Assembly: GCF_009914755.1 (NCBI RefSeq)
Contig: NC_060929.1
Reading direction: 5' to 3' (one strand)
Length of the DNA: 64,000 bases
Origin: the human T2T-CHM13v2.0 reference genome, Homo sapiens
How positions within the stretch are numbered: the first letter of the stretch is position 1; each line of letters begins with the position of its first letter. The notes under the pieces are model-generated. The model did no database searches. It was not told where the DNA came from and saw only the letters and a program-made list of their open reading frames with translations. Positions 14,093 to 29,694 of this stretch are shown here, piece by piece. The position numbers and the translations under genes are program-made.

Positions 14093-14696
14093 AGTGACTG
14101 CTATTGATAAATGGTGCAGGTGAGGATTAGGGTAGCATCAACGGAGATGAAAAACATACATATATTTACAAGATTTTTAGTTGGTTAAAACACTGAGACT
14201 GGCAGAATGATGAAATGATGGATTCTATAATGGGAAAAAAGAGAGCAAATGACTATCAGTGTTCTGCTCACACAAGATGGATAATTGTGCCACTTGTTGA
14301 TACAGGGACGAGGACTAGAATCAGAAATGTTTAGAGTGAGGGTACGTTTTCATTTGGGCATGTGAGGTTTGCTTTCATTTTGTCATGCATGTTCTTTACC
14401 TCTCTTTTCTGTAGGTCACCCGTACTTCATTTACCAGTCCTTGCTAAGGATTATTCATTAAAACACACAACAGCAACAATAACCACAAAAGCAACAATAA
14501 AAATACCTTTGAACTCACTCAATCTTGAACTATTGAACATGCTAAGTCCGTGTCATTGGCCTACTTAATCAGCCCTCGATTGTAACTTGAAGAAGCTTAT
14601 TGATAAGAAAATAAACTTCTCATAAAGTATAACTACTTTCTTAGCAAAACTATTTGTTTCATCTTCTCTTTAAAATTTTTGATATTATGTATTTCC

Positions 14697-14997
14697 TTTT
14701 TTTTTTTTTTTTTTGGAGACAGAGTCTTACTCTGTCACCTGGGCTGGAGTGCAGTAGTGTTATCTCGGCTCAATGCAACCTCCGTCTCCTGGGTTCAAGC
14801 AATTCTCCTGCCTCAGCCTGCCGAGTAGCTGGAATTACAAACACCCGCCACCACCCCCAGCTAATTTTTTGTATTTTTAGTGGAGACAGGGTTTCACCAT
14901 GTTGGCCAGGCTGGTCTTGAATGCCTGACCTCAGGTGATCCATCCACCTCAGCCTCCCAAAGTGCTGGGATTACAGGCGTGAGCCACTGCACCCGGT
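14697..14997 (-). mobile_element. AluS
   Basis: Full Alu; TSD tattatgtatttc. Confidence 0.9.
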
Positions 14998-15009
14998 CTA
15001 TTATGTATT

Positions 15010-15470
15010 TCTGAAGATATTTAATGCCAAGTAACAGAAACCACACTCCAATGAGTTTAAACAAAAATAACATTATTATAAGAATATAAAGGTATCTTAT
15101 GGAATATAAGAATAAATCTGTGGCTAGAGTTAAGGAAAAGCTAGAATCACGAACTCATGACTTCACAGTTCCCTCTCCCCAGCTCTTCTTCTCTTGTGCA
15201 TCTGCTTTGTTTTTCTTTCTCTGTTCTCAGAAACTAGCTCCCATCACTTTTCTTCTTAACATGAACAAAAATATGACAAGTGACAGCTCCTGAGGTTTAA
15301 GCCCTAGAGCTCAGACATCAGAGGGAAACAATCTTAACTCTTTCAGTACAAAACCTAAAATCCTGGGGTAGAAACTCAAGTAGACTATCTGTCCTTCTTC
15401 AGACCAATCCACTGTAGCCAGGAAGTCGGAGCTGGGGAAAAAGCTGTAACTATCCCACTTTGATTCATAT
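15010..15470. mobile_element. Ancient MaLR/ERVL-type LTR fragment
   Basis: caagtaacagaaaccacactcc...ttaaacaaaaa and gaccaatccactgtagccagg motifs typical of old MLT1J-L/LTR33-like elements. Confidence 0.45.
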
Positions 15471-16759
15471 ATGTTACTGAACTGTGGCCAAAATGGATAC
15501 CCCCCTTGATAGTCTCAGGGGATTCCCTTAGGACTTGATTTGCAAGACCCAAAAGAGCAGGGACTGAGCAAAACATGCAAGTTTGCCATTACATCCCAAC
15601 TAAGTAAATTAACATGTGTGATCCTCAAGATCTAACTGAAGACAATCCTAAAAAGGCTGATAGTTATGCAAAATATTTCATCTCCCTGAACTAGTGGATT
15701 TTTTTTTTAATTATTATTAAGGCAGCTGAAATTTCCAAATTTTTAAAAATTTTATATTTGATAATGATGTATGCCAAGAGATTTGCATTTGTCTATGATA
15801 TGAACTATGATGTTTGAACTGATTCTTTCAACAAAGCAATGCACTAGTTCTGAAATTATCCTAATTTTAAATATCATTTGCATTTCTGTAGATGGAAAAT
15901 TATATAACAAATTCTAGTTCTTTTCATTTTCATTTGATTAACACTAAGACTCTCCAAAGCTCTAAAAGAAATAGCAGGAGTTGAAATTTCAATTGCATTT
16001 GGGAAAATATGTACTTTGTTCCTTTAGAAATAAAGGAGAACATGTGAGATGACAAGTCATAAAGAAGCTGGTCTCAATATGTATTCTTTTGAAGCTCTAA
16101 GATGAAATGAGGGCTATGCACACTACTGGTGATGAAAATGATCACAAATAAAGATCTCTTATGAGCCTTCTTGTGGAAGGACATTGAAAAATGTAAGGAA
16201 ATAATCAGGCCAATACTTTCCTTCTGACTTCCCAGTGTACAGCCTTCTCCTGCAGGAAAGAGAGACAGACCATACCCCATGTGGTCATGACTTAAATGGA
16301 CTTTCCCTCAAGGAATTTATAATCTAGTTAGGACTGAACATATATATGGCTAATGACATTTATAAAATAATCCATTCTTAAGTGTCCAGTAGACAATGCA
16401 CATCAGTGTAAACAGAAGTCAGAGACTAGGAGTCCAAGCAGGCTTGAGTGGCCCTGCCAGGGCTAGCCCTTGACAAAGCTGTGAAGCAGATATAGTTTGT
16501 CTTGGGGGCTGTTGTGCCCCAATTATCAGCACAGTCCCTGTTTCCTTCCTTTTGGCCCCCCTGTACTTAACTTTAACTTCATTCTTCATCCACTGGATGG
16601 TATCTATCATTCTTTCCAGTTTTGCTCCTAACTCATTTTCAACAAATCCCTGCCATGGTACTAACTGAAACTTGAAACTGAAACATAACAGATCTGTGGG
16701 TTGCAGAATTGAGTCCTAGTCCTGGCCTGCACCTCTCATTCAGTGTAATCCATCACTGT

Positions 16760-16900
16760 ACCTAGCGAATTTTTGTATTTTTAGTAGAGATCGGGTTTTG
16801 CCACGTTGTCCAGGCTGGTCTTGAACTCCTGACTCAGTTGATCCACCCGCCTCAGCCTCCCAAAGTGCTGGGGTTACAGGCATGAGCCACCACACCTGCT
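16760..16900 (-). mobile_element. Partial Alu (left arm)
   Basis: atttttgtatttttagtagaga...gagccaccacacc. Confidence 0.85.
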
Positions 16901-16963
16901 CTGCATTTTTATTTTTTAAAGCGGGAGAAGGACAGTCCCTATTATTTTCCAGTATAATTTACT

Positions 16964-17158
16964 GCAAGAGTCAGCAAACTTTTTCTGTAAAGAACCAGAT
17001 AGTAAATATTTTAGGCTTTGTGGGTCATACAGTTTTTATTGCAATTACTCAGTTCTGCCATGGTAGCAGAAAAGCAGCCACAGACAACTTCAAAAGTCAT
17101 TTAAAGGACAGGTGGTGGGCCAGAGTTGGCCTGCAGAGTGTAGTTTACAGACGCCAGG
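16964..17158. mobile_element. MER58A DNA transposon remnant
   Basis: gtcagcaaactttttctgtaaagaaccagatagtaaatattttaggctttgtggg matches the MER58 start. Confidence 0.8.
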
Positions 17159-17589
17159 TTTAGAGGATGCTGTCTAGAGCCGATTTGCTTGAGTTCAAAA
17201 CTCAGTTCTACCTGCTTACTAATCTCTTTGTGCCACAATTTTCTTATCTGTAAAACATCTACCTCATAGGTTGTTTGTAGGGACTAAATGAATTACTATG
17301 TATAAAGCACTCCTCTATTTGTGAACTTTCTACCTGTAATCATAGATATTGTCAAATCTTTTTACCAGAGCAAAAACACACAAACTTGGCCCACCTCAAA
17401 CTATTGACTCTAGTGGCCACTTGCATGGTATTACTTTGACTCTAAAGCCAAATGATCTTGCAGCCTTCTGCAAGGTAACTTGTTGATAAGCCAAGAAGTT
17501 TCTGAAGAAAGTACGAAAAAGAAAAACTTGGCGAAGCCACCTCTGCCAAAGTACTGAGCCTCGTGTTAGGGAGAACGCTAGGTTTTGGA

Positions 17590-17910
17590 TATTTATTTAT
17601 TTATTATTACTGTTATTATCATTTTTTGAGATGGAGTTTCACTCTTTCACCCAGGCTGGAGTGAAGTGGCGCAATCTCGGCTCACTGCAACCTCCGCCCC
17701 TACTAGGTTCAAGCAATTCTCCTGCCTCAGCCTCCCGAGTAGCTGGGATTATAGGCACGCACCACCATGCCTGGCTAATTTTTTATTTTTAATGGAGACA
17801 GGGTTTCGCCATGTTGGCCAGGCTGGTCTCAAACTCCTGACCTCAGGTGATCCACCCACCTCGGCCTCCCAAAGTGCCAGGATTACAAGTGTGAGCCACT
17901 GTGTCTGGCT
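17590..17910 (-). mobile_element. AluS
   Basis: Full Alu; TSD ggttttgg(a/c)tattt. Confidence 0.9.
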
Positions 17911-18489
17911 GGTTTTGGCTATTTTGTATGTAGTAATACCAGGTTTATAGTATTACATGGAAATTGGTATGGGAATTAGGGAAATATTAACATATCATTT
18001 TAATGGGACCCAATATGGATTGGCGAATGGAGGTGGTGATGGTGGTGGAAATGATGGTGTGTGCAAACACTCCCGGACAGGTAAAGGGCTTAGGAACAGA
18101 TGTGTATTCTCTTTTCCCTCCAAATTCAGTGACTGAAAAAAGAGCAGTAATTGCCAACTCCTCTGCCACAGTCGTATGGTAAAATTATGTGATAGAGTAT
18201 TTTATAGCATTTCAGGTTTAAGTGAGTTTTGCCTTGGATTGCAACATCAACCTGCCTGGTTCCTCCTGTTTTTCATGTGGCATGGTGCCCAAATTTTGTA
18301 CAAGATTATTAATCTTTTACAAGGGTATTGTTGACAGTCCTGTAATCATGTATACAAGTCATAAATCTTTTCTTCAATAAGTCAATGGTGCCTGCCATAT
18401 TTGGCAGGTATTTCCCAGGCATTAGCTAAACTGGAATGATAACAGTGAGGCCATGAGCTAGAACAATGAGGCCTGGATTGATTGATTGA

Positions 18490-18994
<505 letters not shown>

Positions 18995-19526
18995 TAACTA
19001 GCTGTGTGACTTGAAGCATTAACTAACTTTGTATTATAGAGATAAGGGTCTTGGTTTTCTTATCTGAAAAACAGTTAAATTAGATATATGTAGCACTTGC
19101 CAATTCTATAGTTCAATATTCCTGAAGTAGAGAGATTAGGTGATCCAAGAGGTCTGAAACTCTGTGTTAATTAGCCCAAAGCCTTTTTGGGCCCTTTCAA
19201 AATTTATCCTAGGTTTGTGGTAATGATAGGTCAGTTAATAATTACAGAAGTTAGACTGAAAGTTACCTGGAAGGAACACAACACGGATTTAGAATAAGGA
19301 GCACATTAACCCAGATGGAAGAATCATCAGACAGTGAGGCAGCACGTGCTGCTCGAAGAGTCAGAAGACCCAAGGGTAGATTTGGTTCTGTTGCTTCCCA
19401 CCTATGCCAAACCATGGAGTTTTCCCAAGTCTTTTTCTTCATCTATAGAATGAAAATCATGATACATGCTCTGCTTACCACCCAGGGCTGGTGCGTCAAA
19501 TAAAACCATTCATGTAAAAGCCCTCT

Positions 19527-19840
19527 TTCTTTCTTTCTTTTTTTTTTTTTTTTTATTTTGAGATGGGGTTTCACTCTGTCATCCAGGCTGGAGTGAAGAG
19601 GTGCAATCTTGGCTCAATGCAACCTCTGCCTCCTATGCTCAAGCGATCCTCCCACCTCAGCCTCCCAAGTAGCTGGAACCACAGGCTCATGCCACCAAGC
19701 CCAGCTAATTTTTTGTAGTTTTGGTAGAGATGGGGTTTTACCATGTTCCCAGACTGGTCTCGAACTCCTGAGCTCAAGCAACATGCCCACCTCAGCCTCC
19801 CAAAGTGCTGGGATTGCAGGCATGAGCCACCGCCACCAAC
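19527..19840 (-). mobile_element. AluJ
   Basis: gctcaagcgatcctcccacc diagnostics; TSD gtaaaagccctctt. Confidence 0.9.
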
Positions 19841-21890
19841 CCGTAAAAGCCCTCTTGAAACATTAAAATTGAATACCACAACCATCGTAAGCATGGTTCC
19901 CTTCTTCAAATAGAAAACATAAGCTACCTTTTTCAAACACATTAGTATTTAAAGAATCTAATAACTTCTAAAACATCCTAAACTATCCATAGTCACTCTT
20001 TCCGAAGTCATTCTTCCAAATAGAAAGTTGTTGCTTTCTATTTATAACAGAAAGGAAATCCTTGTTAACATTGTGATGCATGTACCAACAACGGGTTTAA
20101 GTGTTTAAATGAAAAATTCTAACCCTTTTGAAAAAATCAGTATTGTCAGAATACAGCTTTGCCTGATCTAAAGTGTTTTCTTTGCACATAGCTTAGCAGG
20201 ATTCAGAGAAAAGTCTATACGATAGGAGCTAGACTGGGGAGGCTGATGGGAATGTGTCTCCTTTATTCTATGAGCTTGTTTGAATGCTAGGGGCCAGGTT
20301 CTGTCGGCAGCACTGACATCTCTGGGTCCCCTCCAGTGGAGGGAACAAAGGCTGGGGTTTCTTTTGAAAAATTCTTTCTGAGCAGTGAGATTGTCCAACA
20401 CAGTTTCCTTGATAAAGGGCTCATTATCTATCAGTGTGACTTTGCCCTTAATTTTTACGCCAGCAGTGCCAACATGAACATACTCAAGCAAATCCTTTTA
20501 CCCAGACAGTTGTAACAGCACCCTGATAATTTGTGCCAGTGCTCAAGGCTTGGGTGTGGAATATAACCAACCATGGGCTAAATTTCCTATTAGTTGAATC
20601 TCTAAGAAATATAATTTATTAGCTTGCTCTTCATCATGTTTACGCTCCTTGTCACTTTTCAAACACAAGCTCATTTTCAGATAAGCATAGTAGAATGTTT
20701 CAGAATTGCATCTTTAGTTCAACTAACACATTCCTTATGGATCTAAAAGAGTTGCTTTTGTTGGAGAAAGGTAGGTCCAAAACTTTGGGAAAAGTGACCT
20801 TCTGAGAAAGAAATCAATACAACAATGAACACGTGATGACTCAGTCTGACAGAGTCTTTAAATGGTGGAGAAAATCTGGTATCTCCCAAATCTGAACATA
20901 GGGATTAAGTTTTAGTCTCTAAGAGGTGGGACTAGAGTATTATGTTAACTGAAGAAGCTGAACGCTAAGTGTACTGTAAGTGTTGTAACACAGTTGTAAT
21001 CTAATGGAGTGGCTGTGTAGAACCTACACAAAAGGAAGCCAGAGAATAAGAGTGAGTTCATGTTTATCAGGCAGTCCAGGGGAGAAGGTTCCTGGGATGG
21101 GGGATGAAACATTCTGCTCACTAGGAAGATGGACTCGCTTGGGTGACTGGGACACTTCAATAGGGTTTTCCAAAGCCAAGATGAAATATCCCTCAAGACT
21201 CTCCACCATCATTTACTCTGAATCTATGCTCTTTAAAAACAACTTATCAATGAATAATTCTGCTGCCAGGTTTTCCTAGTATTGGGAAGGGGGTTCTGTG
21301 AACACGATTTCAGGCTGCTATTCATGGAGGTACTGGCTGTGCACTGGACAAGAGCATCATATGAAAGGGAGCATCAGTCACAAGACAAACCTTGTAGATT
21401 TGAATATTTCTTATGACAACTTTCTGGCAGATATTAGAAAATTCTCATTGTACTTAACAAAATCAGTATTTCCTAATAATTTTCTGACTTGATGAAATTA
21501 GAACATCATGAGGAAGAAGAGCTTTATAGTTTTCTATTTTTCTTATGACTTCATTGAGATATAATTGATATATAATAAACTACACATATTTGAAGTGTAC
21601 AATTTAATGAGTTTTGACATATGCAAATACTCAGGAAACTATAGCCTTCACCCCCAAAAGTCTCTGCGTGCCCTTTATAACTCAACCATCTTTTCACTCC
21701 TGCCTCATCCCAGTGAGGCATCAGAAACCCACTGGACTGCTTTCTGTTACAGATTAGTTTGGATTTTCTAGAATTTTATAAAAAATAAAACCAAGTTGTA
21801 CATATACTGTTTTTCTTATCTTGTTTCTTTGTATTAACATCATAATTTTGATATTCATCCATGTTGTGTGTATCAATAGTTTGGGGTTTT

Positions 21891-22234
21891 CAGGGCTGTG
21901 GTTGTGAAGAAGATCAAGACCCATGATGGGAAGCTGGTATCCAAGTCCTCTGACGTCCTGCTCAAGTGAACAGCCACAGCAGCCCCTCCCAGCCTATCCT
22001 TCCTGCAGCTGCCCCAGAGCCCATGAGAAAAGCCACTGCGCAGGGGAGCACAGGGAACAGGAGACCCACCTGAGGCTCAGCCCTATCCCTAAGCCCACAT
22101 AGGGGAGTTTACTCTCTGGGGCACCCCCCTTGCCCATGCCTCCAGCAACAAAACAATTCAATTGCTTTTTTTTTTTTTTTTTTTTGTCCAAAATAAAACC
22201 TCTGCTAGCTCTGGAAAAAAAAAAAACAAAAAGA
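21891..22234 (+). pseudogene. KRT8: 5'-truncated processed pseudogene of keratin 8 (last 25 codons + 3'UTR + poly(A))
   Basis: 21892-21969 reads RAVVVKKIKTHDGKLVSKSSDVLLK* (KRT8: RAVVVKKIETRDGKLVSESSDVLPK*). KRT8-like 3'UTR, AATAAA 22192-22197, A-tail from 22215, TSD agtttgg(g/t)gtttt at 21878-21890 / 22235-22247. Confidence 0.92.
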
Positions 22235-22728
22235 AGTTTGGTGTTTTGTTTGTTTGTTTTTTTTTTTTGTTTGTTTTTTTTGTTTTTTTTTTTTGCCAAG
22301 TAGTATTCCACTGTATGGGAATACCATAATTTGTTTATTCTTTCACCTGTTAATGGACATTTCGGTTATTTACAGTTTGGGGCTACTAAAAATAAAACTC
22401 CCATGAATATATATCCACAAAATTTTGTATGGACACATGTTTTTATTTTTCTTGGGCAAATACACAGAAGTGGAATCACTGGATCTTACAGTGGATGTAT
22501 GCTCAACTTTTAAATAAATGGCCAAACTGTTTTCTTCATTACATCATTTTACATTACCATCACCAGAGTTACAGAGTTGCACCTGTTCCATATCCTTGGC
22601 AACACTTGGTATTATCAACCTTTATAATTTTAGCCATTCTAATGGATATGTGGTCATATCTCACTGTGTTTTCTTTTTTAATTCAGAAAGTATTTATTGG
22701 GTACCTAGAGAATACAAAATAATGTCCC

Positions 22729-23111
22729 TAATATGGTTTGGCTCTGTATCCCCCACCCAAATCTCATCTCAAATTGTAATCCCCGAATGTTGAGAAAGGG
22801 ACCTGATGGGAGGGGATGGGTTCATGGAGGCAGTTTTTCTCATGCTGTTCTCATGATAGTGAGAGAGTTCTCACTAGATCTGATGGTTTAAAAGTGTGGC
22901 ACTTTCCCTTCATTTATGTTCTCTCTCTCTCTCTCTCGCTGCCTTTTGAAGTTGTGCCTTGCTTCTCCTTCACCTTCCACCATGATTGTAAGTTTCCTGA
23001 GGTGAGGCCTCCCTAGCCATGTAGAACTGTGAGTCAATTAAACCTCTTTCCTTTGTAAATTACCCAGTCTCTGGTATTATCTTTATAGCAGTGTGAAAAC
23101 AGGATAATACA
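22729..23111 (+). mobile_element. Solo THE1D/MSTA-like LTR
   Basis: Starts taatatggtttggctctgtatcccccacccaaatctc, contains caattaaacctcttt, ends aataca; near-TSD gtccc/ttccc. Confidence 0.85.
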
Positions 23112-23727
23112 TTCCCTTTATATATATTTGGCCCTTAATTATTTTTTAAATTTTTATTGAGTTAAAATATATAAGATAAAATTTGCCATTTTAACCATTT
23201 TAAGTGTACAATGTAGTGGTATTAATTACATTCACAATGCTGTTAAACATCACCACTATCTATTCCAAAATTGCTCATCTCAAACAGAAACTGTACCCAT
23301 TAAGCAATAAATTCCCATTCCCACTCACCAAATCCCATAATCTCTATTTTCAGTCTCTATGAATTCATCTATTCTAGATATTTCACATAAGAAGACTCAT
23401 ACAATATCTGTCCTTTTATGACTGGTTTATTTCATTTAGCATAATATGTTCAAAGTGTATCCATGTTGTAGCATGTGTAACAACTTTCTTCCTTTTTATG
23501 GTTGGATAATATTCCTTTGTATAGATACACCACACTTTGTTTATCCATTCATGTTAATAAATACTTGGATTGTTTCCAACTTTTGTGTGTTGTTGAGTAC
23601 TGCTGCTGTGAACATTGGCTTACAAGTATCTATTTGAGTCCCCTCTCATTATGATTTTAATTTGCATTTCCCTAATGACTAAAGATGTTGAGCTTCTATA
23701 CATGAACTTGGTTGCCATCCATATATC

Positions 23728-24634
<907 letters not shown>

Positions 24635-24787
24635 CTATATACCTTCTTTCATAAAGTGTTGTGCAAGTCTTTTGCCCATTTAAAAAAAACTGCAGTTTTT
24701 TTTTTTAAATTAAGTTGTAAGAGTTCCTAATGTATTTTAAATACAAGTTCTTTGTTGCATATGTATTTTGAAAATATTTTCTCCCAC

Positions 24788-25159
<372 letters not shown>

Positions 25160-26068
25160 TCACTGATTTTGTTTTTTTCTTAAGCTCAAGCTTTTTTGGT
25201 CCTGATATTTAAGAAATCTTTTCCAAACCTTTTTTTTTTTTTAATTTTTTGAAGTATTGTGTTAGCTCTTAAATTTAGGTCTATGATCCATTTTAAGTTA
25301 ATTTTTTATATGGTAGGCTATAAGGGTCAAGATTTATTTTGCCTCGCATATGGCTTTCCAGTTGTTTCATGCTCACAGATGTTTTGGCACCACTTGCAGA
25401 TTGGCTTAATGGGTGGTCCTGTTGATCTGTTTCCAGATCTGGCTCTGACTTACCAGACCCTCAGAAGGATGATCTAGACAGCATTTGCATTCTATTGTTT
25501 CAACTGCCACAAATGTAAGAAACTGGTGTCAAGTTTCCTTTCACCCTTCAGACCTTTCTCCCTTACTGAGTGCCCATGATGTACCAGGAAGTCTGATAGC
25601 TGCTGTATTTTATACAAAAATAAAAATTCGCTCTTGCTTTCAAGCAAATAGCACAGAAATCTTCTACATTTCATATTTTATCAACTCAACTGGGATAATT
25701 GTATTTTAATTTTTTTCAGGTGAGTTTTTTTTTTGCAGGTGATTTTGGGATCAGATATTGAGTAAAATTGATCTGAAACTATAACTCATGAGGCTCATTT
25801 ACTTCCATTCTATACTGGTTGACTTATTTTCAGAGTCTTATTCCTGAAGTATGAGGACTGAAGAGCTAAAAGAGAAAAAAATCCCTAGAGCATACATTAT
25901 GATAAGAGACCTTTGAGTACAGGTGATTGTAATCTGACTTGCTCTCTGGGATACATTAAAGTTTCCTCTCCTTCTAATGCTTCAACATGAATAACAGCTT
26001 GAAAAAGCTCAGAAACAACAGAATGGGAATTACAGTACTGTTGGTCTTCTGAATTCTTACTATGGTAG

Positions 26069-28257
26069 TATATTTGCCCATTTTCATGCTGCTAATAAGG
26101 ATGTACCCAAGACTGGATAATTTATAAAGGAAAAGAGGCTTAATGGTCTCAGAGTTCCACATGGTTGGGGAGGTCTCGCAATCATGGCAGAAGGTGAAAG
26201 GCACATCTTACATGGTGGCAGGTAAAGGTAGAATGAGAGCCAAGCGAAAGGGGAAACCCCTTATAAAACCATCAAATCTTGTGAGACTTATTCACTACCA
26301 CGAGAACAGTATGGGGGAAACCACCCCCGTGATGTAATTATCTCCCACTGCGTCCCTCCCACAACATGTGGGAATTATGGGAGCTATAATTCAAAATGAG
26401 ATTTGGGTGGGGACACAGCCAAACCATATCATTCAACCCCTGGCCCTTCCCAAATCTTATGTCCTCACATTTCAAAACCAACAGTGCCTTCCCAACAGTC
26501 CCCCAAAGTCTCAATTCATTTCAGTATTAACTCAAAAGTCCACAGTCCAAAGACTCACCTGAAAGAAGGCCAGTCCCTTCTGCCTATAAGCCTGTAAAAT
26601 CAAAAGTAAGTTAGTTACTTCCTAGATTACAATGGAAGTACAGGCATTGGATAAATACACCCATACCAAATGGGAGAAATTGGTCAAAGCAAAGGAGCTA
26701 AAGGCCCCACGCAAGTCTGAAATCCACCAGGGCAGTCAAATCTTAAAGCTCCAAAATGATCTCCTTTGACTCCGTGTCTCACATACAGGTCATGCCGATA
26801 TAAGAGGTGGGCTCCCATGGTCTTGGGTAGCTCCACCCTTGTGGCTTTGCAGGGTACAGTCTCACTCTCGGCTGATTTCATGGGCTGGCATTCAGTGTCT
26901 GTGGCTTTTCCAGGTGCACGGTGCAAGCTGTCGGTGGATCTACCATTCTGGGGTCTGGAGGACAGTGGCCCTCTTCTCACAGCTCCACTAGGTGGTGCCC
27001 CAGTAGGAACTCTGTGTGAGGACTCCAACCCCACATTTCCCTTCTGTACTGCCTTAGCAGAGGTCCTTCATGAGGGCCCCACCCCTGCAGCAAACTTCTG
27101 CCTTGACATCCAGGCCTTTCCATACATCCTCTGAAATCCGGGCAGAGGTTTCCAAACCTCAATTCTTGACTTCTCTGCACCCACAGGCCCAACCATGTGG
27201 AAGTTGCCATGGCTTAGGGCTTGCACCCTCTGAAGCCACAGCCCAAGCTGTACCTTGGCCCCATTTAGCCACGGTTGGAGCAGCTGTGGAAAAGGTCTCT
27301 GGCAAGCCCTAGAGACATTTTCCCCATTATCTTGGTGATTAACATTTAGTGCCTTGTTACTTATGCAAATTTCTGCAGCCAGCTTGAATGTCTCCTCTGA
27401 AAATGGGTTTTTCCTTTCTATCACATCAGGTTGCAAAATTTCTGAACTTTTATGATGTGTTTCCCTTTTAAAACTGAATGCTTTTAACAGCACCCAAGTC
27501 ACCTCTTGAATGGTTTGCTGCTTAAACATTTCTTCTGCCAGGTACCCTAAATCTTCCCCCTCAAATTTGAAGTTCCACAAATCTCTAGGGTGGGCCAAAA
27601 TGCCACCAATCTCTTTGCTAAAACATAGCAAGAGTCATCTTTACTCTAGTTCTCAAGTTCCTTATCTATATCTGAGACCACCTCAACCTGGACCTCATTG
27701 TTAATATCACTATCAGTATTTTTGTCAAAGCCATTCAACAAGTCTCTAGAAAGTTCCAAACTTTCCCACATTTTCCTGTTTTCCTCTGAGCCCTCCAAGC
27801 TGTTCCAACCTCTGCCTGTTACCCAGTTTCAAAGTCACTTCCACATTTTCAGGTATCTTTACAGCAGCACCCCACTGCTGCTGTAATAATTTACTGTATG
27901 AGTCTGTTTTCATGCTGCTGATAAAGACATACCTGAGACTGGGTAATTTATAAAGGAAAAGATGTGTAATGGACTTAGAGTTCCATGTGGCTGGGGAGGC
28001 CTCACAATCATGGCAGAAGGAGAAAGGCACGTCTTACACGGTGGCAGGCAAAGAGAGAATGAGCGCCAAGTGAAAGGGGAAACCCTTTATAAAACCATCA
28101 GATCTTGTGACACTTACTCACTACCATGAGAACAGTATGGGGGAAACTGCCCTCATGATTCACTGATCTCCCACCAGGCTTCTCTCACAACATGAAGGCA
28201 TTATAGGAGCTACAACTCAAGATGAGATTTGGGTGGGGACACAGCCAAACCATATCA
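26069..28257 (-). mobile_element. Full-length THE1 (THE1B/C-like MaLR): LTR 26069-26431, internal 26432-27894, LTR 27895-28257
   Basis: Two 363-bp LTRs ending ...cacagccaaaccatatca (reverse complement of the THE1 start), THE1-int between them, 5-bp TSD ggtag at 26064-26068 / 28258-28262. Confidence 0.93.
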
Positions 28258-28936
28258 GGTAGTAAGTATTCCAGTCAATAATTTTTTCATGTTTCTCTTA
28301 ATATGTAATTAACCTGCATAACTCACAATAGGTGCAGATTTTAATCTAAGTAATGCAAAGATTCATTCTACTTTCCCACCCCCAACACATCAGTTAGCAG
28401 GCAGGAGAAAGAGAAAATAAAAATATTGCATAGAAGACCATAGTGTTTTGCCCCAGGGTTGCAAGCATTGATATCTCACCCATTACCAATTCCCAGTCAT
28501 TGAATGCCTACAGTGTTTGGTTCTGTTAGAGAACAGAACATTTAAAACACTTGACTCTTTAGATCATGAGGCTTACATTCCAAGAAGCCAGTACTCTTCT
28601 TGGGTGATTTTTTTTTCCCACTTTATTTTATGATGTGCAGCATCATAACATCACACTAACCTAACCCACATTTCAAAAAAATCACACGAATGTGGCCTAA
28701 CCTATATTTCTAAAAAAGGTTGAATTCATTGCCAGCATTCAATAATTGGAAAATAGTCCATAAAAATCTGTATTTTCAGCTTCTCTAGGAAAATTGGAAA
28801 ATTTGGGCTCACATTCCTGTGCGGCAACAATTAGCTAAACTCTAGTTCAGCTGCCCGCTTTAAGACCAGCCATTTGTACTCTACTGTACCCAGAGGGCTT
28901 TCCTAATAGCGCCTTTCTTAAGTGGCTCCTCCAAAG

Positions 28937-29290
28937 CAGTGGTTCCTAAAATCTGGCTTCCCACTGGAATAATGTGAGGAGCTTGAAAAGTTACTAATGC
29001 CTGCATTTCACCCCAGAGATTTTGATGTAATCCATCTGGGGTGCAGACCAGGTATTGAGATTTTTATAAGCTCCTCAGGTATTTGCAATGTGTAGAGAAA
29101 ACTGAGAACCCCTGTCTAAGATAGGGCTTCTCAAAGTTTAACTTGCATAGGAATCACCTGATAATCTTGTTAAAATGCAGATTTTGATTAAGTATGCCTG
29201 GGATAGGGCCTGGGATTCTGCCTTTCTAACAAGCTCTTACATAGTGCCAAAGCTGCTGGTCTATGGGCCTCACTTGAGAAGTAAAGGTCT
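28937..29290. mobile_element. Two adjacent MER5A/MER5B copies
   Basis: cagtggttcctaaa...gagaacccctg followed by agggcttctcaaagtt...gaatcacctg...aaaatgcagattttgatt. Confidence 0.75.
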
Positions 29291-29694
29291 AAGCCATTTG
29301 TATTTCACATTGGCTTTGAACCCTAAGATACATTCTTAGGTTTCAAGTCTAATGAAAGCTAATTCTAGCACTCACAATATTGATGTAGCTGGAATGATGA
29401 TGCCAAATGAGAGTATCCTACCATACTTTGGGGAGAATTCTTTCTCAGCCTATAGCTACTCAGCCTTTCTTGACATTGGGGGGTCCTTGACTTCTTATGC
29501 CTTGTATGTGACACCCCTGTATCACCCCTTTCGTTGCAAATTGTACATCTTCTGCTATTTCGAGCTCCTTGCTGGTGTCACTACCTGCTGGCCAACAGTT
29601 TGGCCATTACTGATTGAACCATGGTGTTTGGGTACTTAATGTGAGTATTTTATTGCAGAGGTTTTCAATCAGTGTTTCCAGAAGCCTTAGAGTA

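Noticed and set aside
25705-25745. Tandem polypyrimidine-CAG|GTGA motifs resembling recursive splice sites
   Set aside because: Upstream of the PIK3R1 TSS with no known + strand transcript; likely a slippage duplication.
26684-28030. ORFs of 94-187 aa
   Set aside because: Decayed THE1 internal sequence, fragmented across frames.
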